From Galeopterus variegatus (taxonomy: Eukaryota), in assembly GCF_000696425.1 (NCBI RefSeq), contig NW_007726576.1:620165-652370 (forward strand): 32,206 nucleotides of DNA, in the 5' to 3' direction. Below the pieces are notes generated by a model. It was not told the DNA's origin. It ran no database searches and saw only the letters and a program-made list of their open reading frames with translations. Positions 23,649-32,206 of this stretch are shown piece by piece; the stretch's first letter is position 1, and each line of letters begins with the position of its first letter. The translations under genes were made by a program, and so were the position numbers.

Positions 23649-23879
23649 TTTTTTTTTTGTCTTTTGTCTTTTTCCGTGTCCGGCAACGGATCGCAACCCT
23701 CAGTGTTGCCCCCGTACCGGACCGAGGACCGGCAACGGGATCGCAACCCCCGGCGCTGCTCCCGCGCCTCGCTCAGCCAGTGAGTGGGAATCGGTCCGTA
23801 TGTGGGATCCGAACCCTCGGGCGGGAGCGCCACCGCGCTTCCCAAGCGGCGCACTATCCAGTGCGCCACCGGGCCGGCC
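23649..23879 (-). mobile_element. tRNA-derived SINE, family A (full length)
   Basis: Poly-T of 17 nt, then the reverse complement of the A unit. TSD ttgcagaattttt (23636-23648 and 23880-23892). Confidence 0.85.
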
Positions 23880-23910
23880 TTGCAGAATTTTTAAAAACAA
23901 AACAAAACAA

Positions 23911-24103
23911 GGCCGGCCTGTGGCTCACTTGGTAGAGTGCGGTGCTGATAACACCAAGGCCACGGGTTCGGATCCCATATAGGGATGGCTGGTTTGCTCA
24001 CTGGTTGAGCGTGGTGCTGACAACACCAAGCCAAGGATTGAGATCCCCTTATCGGTCATCTTTTACAAACAAAAACAAAAACAAAACAAAACAAAACAAA
24101 ACA
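23911..24103 (+). mobile_element. tRNA-derived SINE, family C (dimeric), with (AAAAC)n tail
   Basis: ggccggcctgtggctcacttggtagagtgcggtgctgataacaccaaggccacgggttcggatcccatatagggatggctggtttgctcactggttgagcgtggtgctgacaacaccaagccaaggattgagatcccctta, then (aaaac)n at 24065-24103. Confidence 0.75.
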
Positions 24104-25032
24104 GACCACCTGTGAAGAATGGGGATAAGCTTCTCAAAAGTGACCCTGGAAGCTGGAATACAAGGCCCTCAATATCCCGAGAGAAGACGCTCTCCCGCCT
24201 GCGATTCCAGGCCTCACCCAAGGACCAAGTGCAGCATGTAGAATAAAGACATTTCCAGACACTGCTGCCTGTACACTCTTACTCAGGAAGTTAATGAAGG
24301 CCACGCTCTGCCAAACTGAGGCAATAAAACAAGAAAAAGATAAAGATAAAAAGCCCCATGAAGGAGAGGAGCAAAGGGAGGCCTCAAGCCAGGCTGGAGT
24401 GGGAGACAGGAGGAGGAAGGAAATTAAATGGATTATCTGAAGCGCTCAACAGGATGAAAGTAGTATTGATGGGGGTTTTAACTGATGGGTTAGAGCTCTG
24501 AAGAAAAAACAGTCTAGAAATTAAGCAAATAAAAAAGGCAACTTTTTTTTTCAAGAAATATTATGTGAAGTGGTTAAAAAAAGGAAATACCATAATACTT
24601 TTCTTGACTCAGTGGTAAACTTTGTTCACATATTCACAATAATTTAAACACTACTGATTTAACTAAAAACTGTAAAAAACTCTTTTGGAATGAAGGGGAC
24701 AGGAAAAGTTGAGGGTGAGGTGGGTAGAGGGAGTAGAAGATAAATGCTCACCTACCATTACAGGAAGTTGAAAGATAATTTCAGAAACAGATGAATTAAG
24801 AAACAGCAGTAAAAATTTACTATCTAAAACTTTGGAGGCAGTACCAGAGAAACAGCTCAAATATTCAAAGTGTTTCACTGTCTCCGGAAGCTGGTCTGGG
24901 AGAGAGGCAAGGGTAGGTAGGACTGGATAGCTACTTCTTGTTAAAAGCTATTGGTAGCATTATTTAACCTTTTAAATCATATGCATGAATTGCTTTGATA
25001 AAATAAAATTAGTGTTAAAATAAGAGTTCTTG

Positions 25033-25157
25033 GGGCTGGCTGATTAGCTTAGTTGGTTAGAGTGTGGTGTTAGACCACCACCAAGGTCAAGGGTTTAGAT
25101 CCCTGCAGTGGCCAGCACCAAAAAATAAAGAAAAAGAAAGAAAGAAAAGAAAAAAGA
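25033..25157 (+). mobile_element. tRNA-derived SINE, family B, with (AAAG)n-like tail
   Basis: ggggctggctgattagcttagttggttagagtgtggtgttagaccaccaccaaggtcaagggtttagatccctgcagtggccagcacc, followed by aaaaaataaagaaaaagaaagaaagaaaag. Confidence 0.7.
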
Positions 25158-26188
25158 GCTTTTAAGAAATCAGGCACTGGCAGGAGCACGGAGACCTCAC
25201 AAGCTAAGGGCAGCCCCAGCTGACAGACGGCAAGCGTGTTGGGTGCCATTGAGTGGATGGCCCACTGCTACTATAGACATTGCCACCATGCAGGGGAGTC
25301 TGTCACAGCCACCACCACTGCAGGGGCAGAGTTCTGCCACTCCTGCCACAAAGGCAGCTCACTGCCACAGCAGCAGCCACTGTCACCATCCAGGCAGCTA
25401 ACTGACCACTTGACTGCATTGACACAAAGAGGGTTACCAGTATAGCTCAGGGAAAGAGCTGAGTGATTGCAGATCTGTGTGACCAGTGGCCCATCCCAGA
25501 GGAGGAATTACACTGACACTCCATGGTAGCACACCCGGGGATGGGAGGTACATGCACAGCCCACATGACTGCCTTGATCCACGCAGAGACATGCACGAAC
25601 ACCCAGAGTGTGTAGAAACCCAGGATACCCCAAAAGAGTAAGAGACAAAGATCCCAATCACCACCAACCCATCCCCCAGCTGGGGAAGCAAAGACCCAGG
25701 AGGAGCCTCTTCCTGTAAGAAAGAGGAAAGAGAAACCCTGGTCAGGGTCACCCATTCAAACTAAGGAGCTCTAGTATACCCTAGTGCACCCATCAGGGTC
25801 AGGGGACACTAGCTGGGTGCCAACAAGCCTGCCCAGGGTCACCTGCCCCAACCAAAGAGTGACAGGGCACCCAGGTGCTTCTCCCAAGAATTTGAGAGCT
25901 CACCCATGTACTTGACAACCTAACACAGTGTCACTAACCTCGACAAGGAATCACTAAGTGCCCTAGTACTTAAGCCATTGAGGCACTCACATGCAATTCT
26001 AACGCTGAATATAGCTGAAGTACCCACACAGAGACTACACTACTGCATCTACCCAGAACCAATATTAAAACACCCTACTCAACCGTCAATATGAAACACA
26101 CCTAGGAGGAAGTCTCTCTCCTCAAAGCCCACTCTGGAGTAAAAAAAGAAGCACCTGCTCTACAAGATGACCAGACATCAATGCAGAG

Positions 26189-26587
26189 ATGCTAGAAATA
26201 CAAAAAAAAAAAAAAAAAAAAAAAAACCAAGAAAATATGACACCACCAAAGGAATACAAAAATTCTCAAGTACCAGACCCCACAGAGCAGGAAACCCTTG
26301 AAATGACTGAAAAAGAATTCCAAGCAACAATCTTAAGGAAACTCAATGAGACACAAGAAGACTCAGTTAGACAACACAATGAACTCAGAACAAGTATCCA
26401 GAATATGAAGGAGGAAACTTACAAACAGATTAATATCTTAAAAAAGAATGTAGCAGAACTCCTGGAACTAAAGGTCTCATTCAACAAAACAAAAAACACA
26501 AGGGAGAGTATAAGCAGCAGGTTAGAGCAAGCAGAAGAAAGAACTGAGAAGGGTGGGACACTAGTAAGTCCACCAACATATGTGTAA
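26189..26587 (+). pseudogene. L1 ORF1p remnant (coiled-coil region), containing an expanded A-tract and truncated
   Basis: MLEIQKKKKKKKNQENMTPPKEYKNSQVPDPTEQETLEMTEKEFQATILRKLNETQEDSVRQHNELRTSIQNMKEETYKQINILKKNVAELLELK is the typical L1 ORF1p N-terminal and coiled-coil sequence. Confidence 0.7.
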
Positions 26588-26648
26588 TAGTAGTATCAAA
26601 AGGAGAGGAGAGAGAAGAGACCAAAAAACATTCCAAGAAAGAGTGGTT

Positions 26649-26801
26649 CGCGCCGGCGTGTGGCTCACTCGGTAGAGTGCGGTGCTGATAACACCAAGGC
26701 CACAGGTTCGGATCCCATATAGGGATGGCCGGTTCGCTCACTGGCTGAGCGTGGTGCTGACAACACCAAGTCGAGGGTTAAGATCCCTTTACCGGTCATC
26801 T

Positions 26802-26825
<24 letters not shown>
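26649..26825 (+). mobile_element. tRNA-derived SINE, family C (dimeric), inserted into ORF1 of L1 #1
   Basis: gcgccggcgtgtggctcactcggtagagtgcggtgctgataacaccaaggccacaggttcggatcccatatagggatggccggttcgctcactggctgagcgtggtgctgacaacaccaagtcgagggttaagatcccttta, followed by a22. Confidence 0.8.
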
Positions 26826-26832
<7 letters not shown>

Positions 26833-27633
26833 GAACTTCTGATCTTCGGGACAAACTTCTTGAAATAACTCAGGCACACACAAAAAAAAGAAAATGAAAA
26901 AAGAATTTTTTAAAAAAAGAAAAAAATCTGAGAGCTAGCAGACAACCTTAAGCACACAAAAATCCAAATCATGGCTGTTCCAGAAGGGGAAGAGAAAGGT
27001 AAAGGCATTAAAAACATATATTCAATGAAATAATACTGGAAAACTTCCTAGGTGTAGGGAGAGACATGAACCTTCAGATCCAGAGGGCTCAAAGAACCCC
27101 AAACAGACTCAATTTGAAAAGGTCCTCTCTGAGACACATTATAGTCAGACTGGCAAAACTCAAAGTCATAGACAATCCTAAGAGAGAAAAGTGTTAAGTC
27201 ACCTAAAAGGAGTCTCCATCAGACTAACAGCAGACTTCACAACAGAAACTCTACAGGACAGAAGAGATTGGGATGATATATTTAAAATACTAAAATAAAA
27301 AAGCTGCCAGCCAAGAATACTAGACCCAGCAAGGCTATCCTTTGGAAATGAAGGAGAAATAGTATATTTCTCATACAAAAACTGCAGGAGTTCACCACAA
27401 GACGAGCCCTACAATAAATCCTTAAAAGACTGCTGAATCTGGAATGCAAAAAATTACAATCACTACCATGAATACACAAGAAAGAACAAAACCCATTGGT
27501 GGAATAAAAATGCAAACAAGAAAGAGAAAGAAACTATATCTTACCACGTCAAAAAACCAATTAATGACAAAGACAATAAAAGGGAAAGAAAGGAACAAAA
27601 GATATTTAAAACATCCAAACAGAAATCAATAAA

Positions 27634-28303
27634 ATGCCAGGACTAAGAAAATATCTTTCAGTAACAACCCTAAATGTAAATGGATTAAATTCCCTACTCA
27701 GAAAACATGAACTGACTGACTGGATTAAAAAGCTAGACCCAACTGTATGCTATCTACTAGACTCCCCTCACCTGTAAAGACACACACAGACTGATAATGA
27801 ACAGACAGAAAAAGATGCACCATGAAAATGGAAACCAAAAGTGAACAAGAGTAGCTATTCTCACATTGGCTAAAATAGACTTTAAATCAAAAACTGTAAA
27901 AATAGACAAAGAAGGCCAATATATAATGATAAAGAGACCTATACAGTAAGAAGACATAACAATCATAAATATATATATGCACTCAACACTGGAACACCCA
28001 GACATATAAAGCAAACACTATTAGAACTAAGGAAAGAGCTAAATCTCAATACAATAATAGTTGGGGACCTGACCACCCCTCTCTCAGCATTGGACAGGTC
28101 ATGTAGGGAACAAATCAATAGAGAAACACACGATTTAAACTTTCCTTTGACCAACTGGACCTAACAGCTATCTACAGAACATTTCATTCAACAACTACAG
28201 AATATACACTCTTCTCACCAGCACATGGAATATTCTCTAGGATAGACCACATGTTAGGTCACAAATCAAGTCTCAACAAATTTTTAAAAATTAAAATCAT
28301 TTC
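27634..28303 (+). pseudogene. L1 ORF2 endonuclease-domain remnant (N-terminal about 220 codons, multiple stops)
   Basis: Start motif MPGLRKYLSVTTLNVNGLNS. Downstream ..IIVGDLTTPLSALDRSCREQINRETHDLN..IDHMLGHK.., which are typical L1 EN motifs. Confidence 0.65.
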
Positions 28304-28305
28304 AG

Positions 28306-30057
28306 GTTCTGGTCAAGATGGAGGAATAGATAGTACCCAGCATCACTCTCTCCCAGAAGTCAAACAATTCACAAATATATAAAAAAGCAACAAAAGCCAA
28401 GCTGGGGCTGCTAGAGCTCAGGGGAAGAGGAGGAGAGACCTACGGAGTACATGAAGGTGGGAGAAGCCATGATGAAATTAAAAACTGCTCTGACCATTTT
28501 GTGCTGCAGCCGCTTTAAGGCTGGAACTGCTGAGCACACAGAGCAGGAGCTGGCAAAAGCTGCAGCTGTGCCCTTTGGATGGAGTTGCTTGGAGGCAGCA
28601 GGGAAGAAGAGGGCCTTGGTGGCACCAGCAAGACCACTAATGGGGTTCCCATGGACCCACATAGGAGGGAGGAGCCACAACAACTGAAGGAATGGAGCCA
28701 CTCAGAGGCCAGTGAGTTATCGCAAGGGACTGGTGCACAGCCCAGCCCATGGGAAATGTTTGCAGCACAGGCAGTGGGAGAGATGGGCCCTCTGGGGGAA
28801 CACTGGGGCACAGCAAGAACAGCTGATCTGCACCCCATTTAGCACAAGACCACTCAGAGGAGGGCCGGCCCGGTGGCGCACTGCTACAGTGCGCCGCTTG
28901 GGAGTGCGGTGGCGCTCCCGCCGAGGGTTCGGATCCCACATACAGACCGGTTCCCGCTCACTGGCTGAGCGAGGTGCGGGCGCAACACCGAGGGTTGCGA
29001 TCCCGTTGCCGGTCCGGGTCCGGTCCGGGCGGGACACTGAGGGTTGCGATCCGTTGCCGGACACGAAAAAAGACAAAAAGAAAAAAAAAAAAAAAAAAGA
29101 CCACTCAGAGGAGACTGGTCAGGAATATAGAATTACATGTGGTGCAGTTTGATGAAAAGACTGAAGCCCAGATCAGAGTTTCTACACAACCCAGGTGCAT
29201 CGAGTTTCTGGAGAGCTGGAAGTACCTATAAAGTCAAACATTATAACTTGTGCTGCACAAAAAGCCTTCCCTAGGGAAGCAGCAGCAAAGCAGCAATTTA
29301 GCTCAACCACAGAGCTCAAGTACTGGTCCCAGGAGGAAGTTCCCCCACTTCAGAATTAAGCAAAGGAAAAAACAATTAGTTTTAGCTCAGACACACTGCC
29401 AGTGCCTTGGGTCCGCCTGGGGACATGAGCCATGGAATTGGGGACTGGAGTCCCCTCCCAAAACTAGGCACACCATCAGCACCTCAGGGGCTACCAGCGG
29501 ACCCGAGGCAGAGAGTCAGGGACCAAACCCCCCTCCCATCAACCAGGCACACTGTGCCAGCACCAAGGAGCATGCCAAAAACATCACCTCCATGTGGGTG
29601 GCCCACCACAGCCACCACAATAACCATGGCTGCCGCAAAAGCGGCTAGATGGATGCCACAACCACCATGCAGATGGTCCGCCAGCCACTGGAGTATATTG
29701 ACACAGAGTTAGCAGCAGAGATAAAGAAAAGAAGATGTCTCTCTCCACAAAGCCCATTCCAGAGTGACAGAACCAGCATCTGCTCTATGATAATATTGGG
29801 GGACCTGATCACACCTCTCAGCAATGGACAGATCATCTAGGCAACAAATCAACAGAGTTACCATTATTCTTTCAGAAGGAGAGAAGAAATCAAGGGTAAT
29901 TAGAGGGGAGAGGAGGAAAGGACAGCAGGATGGGGTGACATTGGACAAGGGGCATAAAGAATAAGTAGGATTTGTAACAATATATATGCTAGTAATATTG
30001 ATTTGATCAACATATCTCAATGTTGAACCCCAGAAATATGTATAATCAAATTTGATT
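28306..30057 (+). mobile_element. Internally deleted LINE-1 (intact 5' terminus and 5'UTR joined to a short ORF2 fragment and a 3'-end-like segment), inserted in ORF2 of L1 #1
   Basis: Begins ggtcaagatggaggaatagatagtacccagcatcactctctccc, the same 5' terminus as L1 #2. Carries the ORF2 fragment IILGDLITPLSNGQII at 29785-29855. Flanked by a near-identical roughly 28-bp duplication caacaaatttttaaaaattaaaatcatttc (28275-28303 and 30058-30092). Confidence 0.5.
28863..29097 (+). mobile_element. tRNA-derived SINE, family A (full length), inserted in the 5'UTR of the deleted L1
   Basis: Full A unit with an A-rich tail ..gacaaaaagaaaaaaaaaaaaaaaaaa. Perfect 16-bp TSD agaccactcagaggag (28847-28862 and 29098-29113). 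Confidence 0.85.
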
Positions 30058-30139
30058 CAACAAAAATTTTTTTAAAAATTTAAAATCATTTCGAGTATCT
30101 TTTCAGGCCACAATGGATTAAAACTAGAAATCAAGGGAG
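30058..30139 (+). mobile_element. Resumption of L1 #1 ORF2 after the insert (..KIFLKI.NHFEYLFRPQWIKTRNQG)
   Basis: Continues the ORF2 sequence interrupted at 28303 (KFKKIEII..FS.HNG.KLEI motif). Confidence 0.5.
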
Positions 30140-30235
30140 ACTTCCGGTCAAGATGGCGGAATAGACAGTCCCTAGCATCACTCTCTCCCACAAATCAACC
30201 AATTTAAACTATAAAAACATGACATAAAGTGCATA

Positions 30236-30960
30236 CGGAACGGGGAGACGTCCAGCGGGGGAGGCAGAAGCTCCGCGGAGACCACATGTCCTGCGGGGCC
30301 GCCATCGCACGATCCGGCAGATAGGCTTCACCGCCGCCACCCAACTCCATTCCCAGCCTGGCCCAGTGCGCACAGAGTGGGGAGACGTCAAGCAGGGGAG
30401 GCAGAGGCTCGGCAGAAACCACACACCCTGTGGGGCCACGACTGTGTGATCCAGCAGGTAGGCTTCACTGCAGGCACCCAGCACCATTCCCAGCCTAGCC
30501 TAGTACACACGGAGCAGGGAGACTTCCCACAGGGGAAGCGGGAACTCCATGGGGACCACACCGCTGCAGTGCGATCCAGCAGCCCAGCCCAATGCGTATG
30601 GAGCACAGAGACATCCAGCAGGGGAGACAGAAGCTCATAGAGTACATACACCCTGTGGGGGGACCGCCACCGTGCGATGCAGCAGCAGGTAGGCTTCACC
30701 GCCGCCACCCAGCTCCATCCCAAGCCCGGCCTAGCGCCATGAAGCAGGGAGACATCCAGCAGGGGAATGGGAAGCTCCTCAGAGACCACACGTTCTGCGG
30801 TGCCTCTGCGCATCCCAGCAGCCCGGCCCAGAGCACATGGAACAGGGAGAAGTCCAGCACAAGAGGTGGAAGCTCAGCAGAGAACACACACCCTGCGATA
30901 CCACCCCGTGACCCAGCAGCCCAGCCAAGTCCGAACTAACCAGAGAGGTGGCTCCCCGGA
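30236..30960 (+). repeat. Tandem monomers (about 6 units, roughly 145 bp and roughly 90 bp variants) forming the L1 #2 5'UTR
   Basis: Repeated unit gggagac(g/a)tccagc(a/g)gggga(g/a)gcagaagctc..gagaccacac..ctg(c/t)gggg..cgc..gatccagcag..aggcttcaccgccgccacccagctccatcccagcc..gcgc... Unit starts at about 30240, 30381, 30528, 30609, 30749 and 30846. Confidence 0.7.
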
Positions 30961-31107
30961 GAGGCCCAACACCTGAAGCAACCACACACACAAGGCACTA
31001 ATGGCCAACAGAGCAGTCACTGAGGTAGGAATACCAAATTGGCAACCAGAGCAACATCTCAGTAAGTCAATAGTGTCAAACCTGTGGACTGTGAAACCCC
31101 TGCCACA

Positions 31108-31560
31108 ATGAATAAACATCAAAGAAAAGATAACAGAAATACAAAAAATCAAGAAAATACACCACCAAAGGGTAATAACTCTCAAGCTCTAGAACCCATA
31201 GAACAAGAAGCCCTTGAAATGACTGACAAGGAATTTTGAGTGACAATTCTAAGGAAACTGAATGAGATACAAGAAAACTCAACTAGACATGATGATGAAA
31301 CGAGGAAAAGTATACAGGACCTGAAAGAAGAAATGTACAAGGAAATCAATGCCCTGAAAAAAAATGTAGCAGAACTTGCCAAACTGAAGAAGTTATTCAG
31401 CGAAATAAAAAACACAACAGAGAGTTTAACCAGCAGCCTTGCAGAAGTTGAAGAGAGAACCTCTGAACTTGAAGATGGGCTGTTTGAAATAACACAAGCA
31501 GACAAAAAAAAAGAAAAAAAAAAGAAAAAAGAATCAAAGGCATTGAAGAAAATCTGAGAG
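31108..31560 (+). pseudogene. L1 #2 ORF1 remnant (in-frame TGA at about 31236; A-tract expansion at about 31500)
   Basis: ORF1p coiled-coil sequence as above. Track ORF 31240-31557. Confidence 0.65.
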
Positions 31561-31824
31561 AGATATCAGACAACTTTAAGCGCTCAAATATCCAAGTCAT
31601 GGGTATTACAGAAGGGGAGGAAAAAGGAGATTGCATTGAAAACATATTCAACAAAATAGTGGCAGAAAACTTCCCAGGTATAGGAAAAGTCACAGATCTT
31701 CAGATCCAGGAAGCTCAACAATCTCCAAACATATTCCACCCATAAAGGTCTTCTACAAGACCTGTTATAGTCAAATTGGCAAAACTCAAAAACAAAGAGA
31801 GAATCTTAAAAGCTACAAGAGAGT

Positions 31825-31986
31825 GGGCCGAGCCCGTGGCACACTCGGGAGAGTGCGACACTGGGAGCACAGTAGCGCTCCCGCCGCGGGTTCGGATCCT
31901 ACATGGGGATGACCGGTGCGCTCACAGTGCTCACTGGCTGAGGGCGGTGCAGCCGGTCTCAAAAAGGACAAAAAACAAAAAAAAAA
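31825..31986 (+). mobile_element. tRNA-derived SINE, family A' (short form), inserted in L1 #2 near the ORF1 C-terminus
   Basis: gggccgagcccgtggcacactcgggagagtgcgacactgggagcacagtagcgctcccgccgcgggttcggatcctacatggggatgaccggtgcgctcacagtgctcactggctgagggcggtgcagccggtctcaaaaaggacaaaaaacaaaaaaaaa. TSD aaagctacaaga (31813-31824 and 31984-31995). Confidence 0.8.
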
Positions 31987-32206
31987 GCTACAAGACAGAA
32001 GCATCAAATCATCTATATGTGAGTCCCAATCAGACTAACATCAGACTTTTCATCACAAACCCTAAAAGCCAGAAAGGAATGGGATGATATACTCAAAATA
32101 CTAAAAGACAGAGATTGTCAGCCAAGAATACTCTACCTCACAAGACTATCCTTCTGAAATGAAGGGCAAATAGTATATTTCTCAGATAAACAAAAACTGC
32201 AGGAGT

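Larger units (their letters stand above)
25180..28303 (+). mobile_element. LINE-1 copy #1 (5'UTR, ORF1, inter-ORF, ORF2 N-terminus). Degenerate and interrupted by later insertions.
   Basis: ORF1p-like translation at 26189-26587 and beyond the SINE (..IENLFNEIILENF..). ORF2 starts at ATG 27634 (MPGLRKYLSVTTLNVNGLNSLLRKHELTDWIKKLDPTVCYLL) and runs to ..IDHMLGHKSSLNKFLKIKIIS at 28303. Premature stops. 5' boundary approximate. Confidence 0.8.
30140..32206 (+). mobile_element. LINE-1 copy #2: 5' terminus, monomeric tandem-repeat 5'UTR, ORF1 (disrupted). Continues beyond the window.
   Basis: Starts ggtcaagatggcggaatagacagtccctagcatcactctctccc (compare the human L1 5' end ..ccaagatggccgaatagg..). 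ORF1 from ATG about 31108 (MNKHQRKDNRNTKNQENTPPKGNNSQALEPIEQEALEMTDKEF, then a stop, then TILRKLNEIQENSTRHDDETRKSIQDLKEEMYKEINALKKNVAEL..). The 3' part matches L1 #1 27140-27380. Confidence 0.8.

Noticed and set aside
26189-26587. Coiled-coil proteins (also 31240-31557) that could be mistaken for novel genes
   Set aside because: Clear LINE-1 ORF1p sequence, disrupted by stops, frameshifts and homopolymer expansions.
30236-30960. Tandem roughly 145-bp repeats that might suggest a CRISPR array or satellite
   Set aside because: The units are contiguous with no unique spacers. They are far longer than CRISPR repeats and sit exactly between an L1 5' terminus and ORF1. They are L1 5'UTR monomers.
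1-32206. Prokaryotic defence or biosynthetic gene cluster, as suggested by the task framing
   Set aside because: No bacterial-style gene organisation, and the ORFs lack RBS spacing and operon structure. The sequence is dominated by mammalian retroposons.

Overview
This 32.2-kb window is repeat-dense mammalian nuclear DNA, intergenic or intronic. It is not a prokaryotic or phage locus. I see no operon, no CRISPR array and no defence or biosynthetic system. The six-frame ORF track is dominated by artefacts from translating retroposons.

The window carries at least 20 copies of lineage-specific tRNA-derived SINEs. They fall into four related architectures: A is a roughly 235-bp composite, A' a roughly 150-bp short form, B a roughly 90-bp monomer and C a roughly 170-bp dimer. 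Many copies are flanked by intact 10-16-bp target-site duplications and pure poly-A tails, so the family was active recently. Several MIR copies are present, together with an ERVL-MaLR-type LTR, an LTR-like block, a LINE-1 3' end, old L1 ORF1 debris and microsatellites.

The 3' 7 kb is a nested LINE-1 cluster. An L1 (5'UTR, ORF1, ORF2 N-terminus) has been hit by a dimeric SINE, by an internally deleted L1 that itself carries a SINE-A, and by a second L1. That second L1 has a 5'UTR built of tandem monomers about 145 bp long and carries a short SINE.

The only long non-repeat ORF is 354 aa, on the minus strand at 5551-6615. It lies on a pyrimidine-rich strand and is rich in Ser, Pro, Leu and Phe. 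I rate it more likely a compositional artefact than a gene.

Two CpG-rich GC blocks, around 8.9 kb and 16.4-17.1 kb, could be regulatory. The SINE architecture (tRNA-only monomer, dimer and trimer-like units) resembles the t-SINE (CYN-like) organisation reported for Dermoptera. I cannot confirm the species without a database search.
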